In this document: in pieces, positions 14,983 to 25,900 of the stretch
Layout: the number at the start of each line of letters is the position of its first letter
How positions within the stretch are numbered: the first letter of the stretch is position 1
The notes under the pieces: generated by a model
Told to the model about the DNA's origin: nothing
Seen by the model: only the letters and a program-made list of their open reading frames with translations
The model's database searches: none
Program-made: the position numbers and the translations under genes
Assembly (NCBI GenBank): GCA_950097015.1
Contig: CATNEN010000037.1
Coordinates: forward strand, 2,790,001 to 2,854,000
Origin: Macrostomum hystrix
Taxonomy: Eukaryota; Animalia; Platyhelminthes
Length of the DNA stretch: 64,000 nucleotides
Reading direction: 5' to 3'

Positions 14983-16047
14983 CCTTCTCTCCCTAACTGG
15001 CCTTCCTTCTCTCCCTCACACTGGCCTTCCTTCTCTCCCTCACACTGGCCTTCCTTCTCTCCCTCACACTGGCCTTCCTTCTCTCCCTCACACTGGCCTT
15101 CCTTCTCTCCCTCACACTGGCCTTCCTTCTCCCTCACTGGCCTTCCTTCTCTCCCTCACTGGCCTTCCTTCTCTCCCTCACACTGGCCTTCCTTCTCTCC
15201 CTCACACTGACCTTCCTTCTCTCCCTCACACTGGCCTTCCTTCTCTCCCTCACACTGGCCTTCCTTCTCTCCCTCACACTGGCCTTCCTTCTCTCCCTCA
15301 CACTGGCCTTCCTTCTCTCCCTCACACTGGCCTTCCTTCTCCCTCACTGGCCTTTCTTCTCTCCCTCACACTGGCCTTCCTTCTCCCTCACTGGCCTTCC
15401 TTCTCTCCCTCACTGGCCTTCCTTCTCTCCCTCACTGGCCTTCCTTCTCTCCCTCACTGGCCTTCCTTCTCTCCCTCACACTGGCCTTCCTTCTCTCCCT
15501 CACTGGCCTTCCTTCTCTCCCTCACACTGGCCTTCCTTCTCTCCCTCACTGGCCTTCCTTCTCTCCCTCACACTGACCTTCCTTCTCTCCCTCACTGGCC
15601 TTCCTTCTCTCCCTCACTGGCCTTCCTTCTCTCCCTCACTGGCCTTCCTTCTCTCCCTCACAGGCCTTCCTTCTCTCCCTCACACTGGCCTTCCTTCTCT
15701 CCCTCACACTGGCCTTCCTTCTCTCCCTCACACTGGCCTTCCTTCTCTCCCTCACTGGCCTTCCTTCTCTCCCTCACACTGGCCTTCCTTCTCTCCCTCA
15801 CTGGCCTTCCTTCTCTCCCTCACACTGGCCTTCCTTCTCTCCCTCACTGGCCTTCCTTCTCTCCCTCACTGGCCTTCCTTCTCTCCCTCACACTGGCCTT
15901 CCTTCTCTCCCTCACACTGGCCTTCCTTCTCTCCCTCACTGGCCTTCCTTCTCTCCCTCACTGGCCTTCCTTCTCTCCCTCACACTGGCCTTCCTTCTCC
16001 CTCACTGGCCTTCCTTCTCTCCCTCACACTGGCCTTCCTTCTCTCCC
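14983..16047. repeat. 22/24-bp pyrimidine-rich minisatellite (CTGGCCTTCCTTCTCTCCCTCACA)
   Basis: Direct tandem repetition with CA indel variants. Confidence 0.97.
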
Positions 16048-16957
16048 TGCTCCTTCTTTTATCCTAGAACTGATTTCAATAGGCCTTCCTACTACAACAG
16101 CAATGGCATAAAGCACAAGGAAGATAAGAAACTACATTATATTTGCCGCATCCACTAGTCAGATGAGAAAATGAAAACCGGAAGCTGTCCGGAAGTGACT
16201 TCCAGTGGACTGTATAGCGAAGACGTGCCCAACTCTGCTCTCGTTTTTTAGGATACGAATGCTCAAACTCCCTGAGCAGTCCGAGAGCTTTATTGCCATT
16301 GGAGCGTGTGGGGGGTAACTGCACCAAAGCTAGACTCATTGCAAACTAGTGGGATCGGAAAAATGCTAATCTTACGCCAACTCACCAACCCACCCCACCT
16401 CCCCGATCGCATTGCCCAAACCCCTCCCAATGGGATAAGAAAAATAGGCAAGGCGAAACAGTGTGAGATCGTCTGGCCATGGGTTGGCTGCTCGAATCCA
16501 GGGCTTGGGGGGAGAGGCAATGGGTGGGGCTGGGTCTTCAGGGTGGGAAGCCCCGCATTCAGACATATTACCGCAGCTAGTACTAGCTCTAGTTATTCCC
16601 CGAGTCAAGATCCTCCCATACGAAGCCTCCTTAGCGAATCTGCAAAACAACGAAATACCAGAAAATGTGAATCAGAAACTTTGTGAACTGAGTAATCGCA
16701 TGTCGCTGCACCCCCTACCAATGTCTCTGTGTCTCTCTCGACTATTCTATTAGCCCTGTAATCTTATTGGATGACACAAATTGGTGTAGTCAACTAGCCT
16801 TATAAAATAGCTGGATGTATGCAATTTTTTGCACAAATGGTCCGCTTAAATATGACATACAATCTGGCGCTAGAACACATTCTGGTATGTGAGATACCTT
16901 TATCGATTTACTTTGTGAAAACTGACGCACAAGCGACAAAGCCATCATCTTTAACAG

Positions 16958-19900
16958 TTTTCCTGCCAAACTGCCATTTAAACATTGAAGCGCAGCCATG
17001 CAGTCCAAGCGGCTGTGCCTTTTATGTTTGCATTGGACGGAGGACTGTTAAGGGCGAGGCTCGCTTTGATCAACTATTCGATTCCTTGAGACCCTGTGAG
17101 TCTCTGTTTGATGGGTCACTTCACTCATTCTGGAGACAGGGTCACTGACCCGTGAGTCCATTCTCATAGTCAGTAATTGAGTCTCTGACTCGTGAGTCCA
17201 TTCTCATATTCCAGTGATTGAGTCTCTGACCCGTGAGTCCATTTTCATAGTCAGTGATCGAGTCTCTGACCCGTGAGTCCATTCTCATATTCCAGTGATT
17301 GAGTCTCTGACTCATGAGTCCATTCTCATATTCTAGTGATTGAGTCTCTGACCCGTGAGTCCATTCCTATAATCAGTGATCGAGTCTCTGACCCGTGAGT
17401 CTATTCTCATACACCAGTGATCGAGTCTCTGACCCGTGAGTCCATTCTCATAGTCAGTGATCGAGTCTCTGACCCGTGAGTCCATTCTCATAGTCAGTGA
17501 TCGAGTCTCTGACCCGTGAGTCCATTCTCATACACCAGTGATCGAGTCTCTGACCCGTGAGTCCATTCTCATAGTCAGTGATCGAGTCTCTGACCCGTGA
17601 GTCCATTCTCATACATCAGTGATTGAGTCTCTGACCCGTGAGTCCATTCTCATAGTCAGTGATCGAGTCTCTGACCCGTGAGTCCATTCTCATACATCAG
17701 TGATTGAGTCTCTGACCCGTGAGTCCATTCTCATATTCCAGTGATCGAGTCTCTGACCCGTGAGTCCATTCTCATAGTCAGTGATCGAGTCTCTGACTCG
17801 TGAGTCCATTCTCATAGTCAGTGATCGAGTCTCTGACCCGTGAGTCCATTCTCATATTCCAGTGATCGAGTCTCTGACCCGTGAGTCCATTCTCATAGTC
17901 AGTGATCGAGTCTCTGACTCGTGAGTCCATTCTCATAGTCAGTGATTGAGTCTCTGACTCGTGAGTCCATTCTCATATTCCAGTGATCGAGTCTCTGACC
18001 CGTGAGTCCATTCTCATAGTCAGTGATCGAGTCTCTGACCCGTGAGTCCATTCTCATTGTCAGTGATCGAGTCTCTGACCTGTGAGTCCATTCTCATTGT
18101 CAGTGATCGAGTCTCTGACCTGTGAGTCCATTCTCATTGTCAGTGATCGAGTCTCTGACCCGTGAGTCCATTCTCATATTCCAGTGATCGAGTCTCTGAC
18201 CCGTGAGTCCATTCTCATAGTCAGTGATCGAGTCTCTGACTCGTGAGTCCATTCTCATATTCCAGTGATCGAGTCTCTGACCCGTGAGTCCATTCTCATA
18301 GTCAGTGATCGAGTCTCTGACCCGTGAGTCCATTCTCATAGTCAGTGATCGAGTCTCTGACTCCTGAGTCCATTCTCATATTCCAGTGATCGAGTCTCTG
18401 ACCCGTGAGTCCATTCTCATATTCCAGTGATCGAGTCTCTGACCCGTGAGTCCATTCTCATAGTCAGTGATCGAGTCTCTGACCCGTGAGTCCATTCTCA
18501 TACACCAGTGATCGAGTCTCTGACCCGTGAGTCCATTCTCATACACCAGTGATCGAGTCTCTGACCCGTGAGTCCATTCTCATAGTCAGTGATCGAGTCT
18601 CTGACCTGTGAGTCCATTCTCATTGTCAGTGATCGAGTCTCTGACCCGTGAGTCCATTCTCATAGTCAGTGATCGAGTCTCTGACCCGTGAGTCCATTCT
18701 CATACACCAGTGATCGAGTCTCTGACCCGTGAGTCCATTCTCATAGTCAGTGATCGAGTCTCTGACCCGTGAGTCCATTCTCATACATCAGTGATTGAGT
18801 CTCTGACCCGTGAGTCCATTCTCATAGTCAGTGATCGAGTCTCTGACCCGTGAGTCCATTCTCATATTCCAGTGATCGAGTCTCTGACCCGTGAGTCCAT
18901 TCTCATAGTCAGTGATCGAGTCTCTGACTCGTGAGTCCATTCTCATAGTCAGTGATTGAGTCTCTGACTCGTGAGTCCATTCTCATATTCCAGTGATCGA
19001 GTCTCTGACCCGTGAGTCCATTCTCATAGTCAGTGATCGAGTCTCTGACCCGTGAGTCCATTCTCATTGTCAGTGATCGAGTCTCTGACCTGTGAGTCCA
19101 TTCTCATTGTCAGTGATCGAGTCTCTGACCTGTGAGTCCATTCTCATTGTCAGTGATCGAGTCTCTGACCCGTGAGTCCATTCTCATATTCCAGTGATCG
19201 AGTCTCTGACCCGTGAGTCCATTCTCATAGTCAGTGATCGAGTCTCTGACTCGTGAGTCCATTCTCATATTCCAGTGATCGAGTCTCTGACCCGTGAGTC
19301 TATTCTCATAGTCAGTGATCGAGTCTCTGACCCGTGAGTCCATTCTCATTGTCAGTGATCGAGTCTGGGGCGCAGCCGCGGAGAGAAGGCTTGGGGGCTT
19401 GTCGTGCAATTTACACCCTTGAGGGCCAGCCTCCAAGGCACAGGGAAAGTGTTCACTGCTTCATCTGAGAAAGTCAGGGCAGATGTACACACCTGTGTGA
19501 GCGCGTGCCTGCGTACAGTATCTGTGTGCGTGTGTGCACAGGAATCAGCGAAATGGGCAGAATTGCCTCCTCGCTGGCTGCGGGTCTAGTGTCACCAAAT
19601 GATGTGCCATTGCCCGCAGCCCTCCCGCAATTATTCTTATTATTACCCAGTGATTGAGAGCCCAATCTTTGAAAAAACTTGTTTGAGTTCTTAATGAGTC
19701 AACAGTCTGCATTATTTTATGGCAGCTAACTACTGACATAAGTAGGTCAATAAGACATCTCGTTGCACATTATTTTCTTAAATTAGGCAGCAATTGCAAG
19801 GACAGCGATGCACACCAATATCAGCTTTAATGTTTCGGCTCTCAAGTTTATCATTGCGCTTTGACCAGCTACTAGGCAGTCGAGTTGCTGAAATAAATTA

Positions 19901-22900
19901 TTGACTTGCAGTAAACTGATGACAGTAGCTCTGACGAAAAATGCCCTGCTCATCAGAGCCGAGACGGGCGAGAGCAGGCACATTTCAACCGTTACTCGGG
20001 AAGTCGTCAATTTCGGATATTTACTAAAAGAACAAACACCCCAACTGAGCTCGTCGAGCAGTGAAACACGCAAAGAACTCAAAATGTCGTCCTCGCACTG
20101 GGGCCAGAAGTGCAGAGCGCATGCCCTGGTCATCGATCTGTCATTGATCGAACGCGTAACAGAGAAATCACAAGATTCAACTGTGCAAGTGAAAACTGTC
20201 AGTGTCCTCGTAGGAAGTTGAAATGGCGGCAACCCCGAAATGCTGTGTCTTCACCCCCTATCTCTCCAGTGTATACATTAGCTGCCTTTCTGCAGCAGTT
20301 TAATGCCAGAAGCTTTTTAAACATTGCTGAAAACGCATGGTCAGTTCTATTCTGCTATTGTTGCTAAAAGGAAGTTATACTATTTATAGCGCTGATCGGT
20401 GAGTTCATTGAGTGATCGGTGAGTGCGCAAATAGACAGGAATGAACGACTATATCTCGCACTTTTTACTAATAATTCCTTTAGAAATAACTCTCCTATCC
20501 CCCTCTTGACCCCTCTCCTAATCCATTTTATCAGCCTCTCCTAATCCATTTTATCACCCTCTCCTAATTCATTTTATCAGCCTCTCCTAATCAATTTTAT
20601 CAGCCTCTCCTAATCCATTTTATCAGCCTCTCCTAATCCATTTTATCAGCCTCTCCTAATCCATTTTATCAGCCTCTCCTAATCCATTTTATCAGCCTCT
20701 CCTAATCAATTTTATCAGCCTCTCCTAATCCATTTTATCAGCCTCTCCTAATCCATTTTATCAGCCTCTCCTAATCATTTTATCAGCCTCTCCTAATTCA
20801 TTTTATCAGCCTCTCCTAATCAATTTTATCAGCCTCTCCTAATCCATTTTATCAGCCTCTCCTAATCCATTTTATCAGCCTCTCCTAATCCATTTTATCA
20901 GCCTCTCCTAATCAATTTTATCAGCCTCTCCTAATTCATTTTATCAGCCTCTCCTAATCCATTTTATCAGCCTCTCCTAATCCATTTTATCAGCCTCTCC
21001 TAATCCATTTTATCAGCCTCTCCTAATCCATTTTATCAGCCTCTCCTAATCCATTTTATCAGCCTCTCCTAATCCATTTTATCAGCCCTGTCCTAAAACA
21101 AATTTATTACCCTCTCCTAATCAATTTTATCAGCCTCTCCTAATCCATTTTATCAGCCTCTCCTAATCAATTTTATCAGCCTCTCCTAACCCATTCTATC
21201 AGCCTCTCCTAATCCATTTTATCAGCCTCTCCTAATCCATTTTATCAGCCTCTCCTAATCAATTTTATCAGCCTCTCCTAATCAATTTTATCAGCCTCTC
21301 CTAATCCATTTTATCAGCCTCTCCTAATCCATTTTATCAGCCTCTCCTAATCAATTTTATCAGCCTCTCCTAATCCATTTTATCAGCCTCTCCTAATCAA
21401 TTTTATCAGCCTCTCCTAATCCATTTTATCAGCCTCTCCTAATCCATTTTATCAGCCTCTCCTAATCCATTTTATCAGCCTCTCCTAATCCATTTTATCA
21501 GCCTCTCCTAATCCATTTTATCAGCCTCTCCTAATCAATTTTATCAGCCTCTCCTAATCCATTTTATCAGCCTCTCCTAATCCATTTTATCAGCCCTGTC
21601 CTAAAACAAATTTATTACCCTCTCCTAATCCATTTTATCAGCCTCTCCTAATCCATTTTATCACCCTCTCCTAATCCATTTTATCAGCCTCTCCTAATCC
21701 ATTTTATCAGCCCTGTCCTAAAACAAATTTATTACCCTCTCCTAATCCATTTTATCAGCCTCTCCTAATCCATTTTATCACCCTCTCCTAATTCATTTTA
21801 TCAGCCTCTCCTAATCAATTTTATCAGCCTCTCCAAATCCATTTTATCAGCCTCTCCTAATCAATTTATCAGCCTCTCCTAATCCATTTTATCAGCCTCT
21901 CCTAATCAATTTTATCAGCCTCTCCTAATCCATTTTATCAGCCTCTCCTAATCCATTTTATCAGCCTCTCCTAATCCATTTTATCAGCCTCTCCTAATCC
22001 ATTTTATCAGCCTCTCCTAATCCATTTTATCAGCCTCTCCTAATCCATTTTATCAGCCTCTCCTAATCCATTTTATCAGCCTCTCCTAATCAATTTTATC
22101 AGCCTCTCCTAATTCATTTTATCAGCCTCTCCTAATCCATTTTATCAGCCTCTCCTAATCCATTTTATCAGCCTCTCCTAATCCATTTTATCAGCCTCTC
22201 CTAATCCATTTTATCAGCCCTGTCCTAATCCATTTTATCACCCTCTCTTAATTCATTTTATCAGCCTCTCCTAATCCATTTTATCAGCCTCTCCTAATCC
22301 ATTTTATCAGCCCTTCCTAATACATTTTATGAACCCGAAATTTTCCATTTTACTCAGCCAACGGACTTTCGTCTGTCATGAATTCAACGGCGCCAAAGTT
22401 AAGTATGGTAAGTTTCAAAGTTGATCTACAATTTTTTTGTAATTACGCCTTTGAAGGGTTATGTTTTCTTTCGCGCACAAATTGAGCGGTATGTTGTGTT
22501 GAAAATCAGTAGTATGTTAGGGGTGTGAAGTCGTAAAACTTTTTACTTTGCGAAAAAGAATCTAAACATTCAACAGATTGTAAATGATAGATTCTTTCAG
22601 AATAGGTAATTAATTACACCAGTACAGACTGTATTACACCTGAGCTGTGTACACCAGTACAGACTGTAATACAACTGAATTGTGTACACCAGTACAAACT
22701 GTAATACAACTGAATTGTGTACACCAATACAAATTTCACACCCCACGAATTGTGTACACCAGTACAGACTTCACACACCGGAATTGTGTACACCAATACA
22801 AACTTCACACACCTGAATTGTGTACACCAGTACAAACTTCACACACCTGAATTGTGTACACCAATACAAACTTCACACACCTGAATTGTGTACACCAGTA

Positions 22901-25900
22901 CTCTCTGTCACACTCCTGAACTGTGTACACCAGTACTCTCTGTCACACTCCTGAACTGTGTACACCAGTACTCTCTGTCACACTCCTGAACTGTGTACAC
23001 CAGTACTCTCTGTCACACTCCTGAACTGTGTACACCAGTACTCTCTGTCACACCCTGAACTGTGTACACTAGTACTCTCTGTCACACTCCTGAACTGTGT
23101 ACACCAGTACTCTCTGTCACACTCCTGAACTGTGTACACCAGTACTCTCTGTCACACTCCTGAACTGTGTACACCAGTACTCTCTGTCACACTCCTGAAC
23201 TGTGTACACCAGTACTCTCTGTCACACTCCTGAACTGTGTACACCAGTACTCTCTGTCACACCCTGAACTGTGTACACTAGTACTCTCTGTCACACTCCT
23301 GAACTGTGTACACCAGTACTCTCTGTCACACTCCTGAACTGTGTACACCAGTACTCTCTGTCACACTCCTGAACTGTGTACACTAGTACTCTCTGTCACA
23401 CTCCTGAACTGTGTACACCAGTACTCTCTGTCACACTCCTGAACTGTGTACACCAGTACTCTCTGTCACACCCTGAACTGTGTACACCAGTACTCTCTGT
23501 CACACTCCTGAACTGTGTACACCAGTACTCTCTGTCACACTCCTGAATTGTGTACACCAGTACTCTCTGTCACACTCCTGAACTGTGTACAATAGTACTC
23601 TCTGTCACACTCCTGAACTGTGTACACCAGTACTCTCTGTCACACTCCTGAACTGTGTACACCAGTACTCTCTGTCACACTCCTGAACTGTGTACACCAG
23701 TACTCTCTGTCACACTCCTGAACTGTGTACACCAGTACTCTCTGTCACACTCCTGAACTGTGTACACCAGTACTCTCTGTCACACACCTGAACTGTGTAC
23801 ACCAGTACTCTCTGTCACACTCCTGAACTGTGTACACCAGTACTCTCTGTCACACCCTGAACTGTGTACACCAGTACTCTCTGTCACACCCTGAACTGTG
23901 TACACCAGTACTCTCTGTCACACCCTGAACTGTGTACACCAGTACTCTCTGTCACACTCCTGAACTGTGTACACCAGTACTCTCTGTCACACACCTGAAA
24001 CTGTGTACACCAGTACTCTCTGTCACACTCCTGAATTGTGTACACCAGTACTCTCTGTCACACCCTGAACTGTGTACACCAGTACTCTCTGTCACACTCC
24101 TGAATTGTGTACACCAGTACTCTCTGTCACACTCCTGAATTGTGTACACCAGTACTCTCTGTCACACTCCTGAATTGTGTACACCAGTACTCTCTGTCAC
24201 ACTCCTGAATTGTGTACACCAGTACTCTCTGTCACACTCCTGAACTGTGTACACCAGTACTCTCTGTCACACTCCTGAACTGTGTACACTAGTACAAACT
24301 GTAATGCATCTGAATTTTGTACACCAATACAAACTGCCTGGCTTGTCTACAATTTTCCAATCCTAAATCCATGCCTATGCCAATTTCGTACAGTATTTCT
24401 TCTATGGCATGCTCACACTAACAATTTAATCGGCCCAGCCAAGAAAAGCACAGTGGGCTGCATGGGAAGATCAGTTCGCCGTCTCCCTATCTGTCACTAT
24501 GGCCCCCTCAACCTATGTGGCTCAGCTCCTAGAACGCAATCTGCTGAATCGCAGCAATTACCAAGTGGCTTCCCAGCCTTTTGCCCCACCTGCTTCTGGC
24601 GAACACGCGAATTTTCCACTTCTACCGGCTTTTTACCGGGGCACTGAATTCGATCCGGGATCTGGCCGTTGGTTCCGGTGGCTGAGTAGCTCTGATTCAA
24701 TAAGCGGTGGCATGAGCTCAGGCCGTTTGGTCTTTACAATAGCTCCCCTCTAAAAGGCTTCTTGTTTATGGCCTGCGAGTTCTCTACGTAAACATTTTTC
24801 CTATTACAATAATATTCAGCTGAAGTACGAGCTATTTATTATTTTCAAAGCACTTCAAAGCACAGGCACTTGGGTGCCTGTCTTTCTTGGGTGCCCGTCT
24901 GTCCTGGGTTTCTGTCTGTCCTGGGTGTCTGTCTGTCTTGGGTGCCTGTCTGTCCTGGGTGTCTGTCTGTCCTGGGTGCCTGTCTGTCCTGGGTGTCTGT
25001 CTGTCCTGGGTGTCTGTCTGTCCTGGGTGCCTGTCTGTCCTGGGTGTCTGTCTGTCCTGGGTGTCTGTCTGTCCTGGGTGTCTGTCTGTCCTGGGTGCCT
25101 GTCTGTCCTGGGTGTCTGTCTGTCCTGGGTGCCTGTCTGTCCTGGGTGTCTGTCTGTCCTGGGTGCCTGTCTGTCCTGGGTGCCTGTCTGTCCTGGGTGT
25201 CTGTCTGTCCTGGGTGCCTGTCTGTCCTGGGTGTCTGTCTGTCTTGGGTGCCTGTCTGTCCTGGGTGTCTGTCTGTCCTGGGTTTCTGTCTGTCCTGGGT
25301 GTCTGTCTGCCTTGGGTGCCTGTCTGTCCTGGGTGTCTGTCTGTCCTGGGTTTCTGTCTGTCCTGGGTGTCTGTCTGCCTTGGGTGCCTGTCTGTCCTGG
25401 GTGTCTGTCTGTCCTGGGTTTCTGTCTGTCCTGGGTGTCTGTCTGCCTTGGGTGCCTGTCTGTCCTGGGTTTCTGTCTGTCCTGGGTGTCTGTCTGTCCT
25501 GGGTGCCTGTCTGTCCTGTGTGCCTGTCTGTCCTGGGTGTCTGTCTGTCCTGGGTGTCTGTCTGTCCTGGGTGTCTGTCTGTCCTGTGTGTCTGTCTGTC
25601 CTGGGTGTCTGTCTGTCCTGGGTGTCTGTCTGTCCTGGGTGTCTGTCTGTCCAAGTTCTGTTTATCCTGTTTGACGGCATGATTTCTCGTATATGTATGT
25701 TTGCTCAATGCCATAAAGAACATCACAGCCCAGGTCAATTCGGCTCTTCTCGTAGGTGAGTAGCAAGCTAAGATTCCCATCTGCGTTTCCCATTCCTTCC
25801 CACTTTTTCTCGCCCCTGCAGAACAGAAACTAATTCATCTCTACGCAACCCTACCTTCCCATCTTTCCCGACCCATTCCCGTTCTCCCACACTGAGTTGT

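Noticed and set aside
19783-20232. Minus-strand ORF resembling a hAT dimerisation domain (DDIL..W..SKYPKL..SPVSA..RAF)
   Set aside because: Spacing does not fit well, there are no TIRs or other transposase parts, and the opposite strand is equally open. A Pfam Dimer_Tnp_hAT search would decide.
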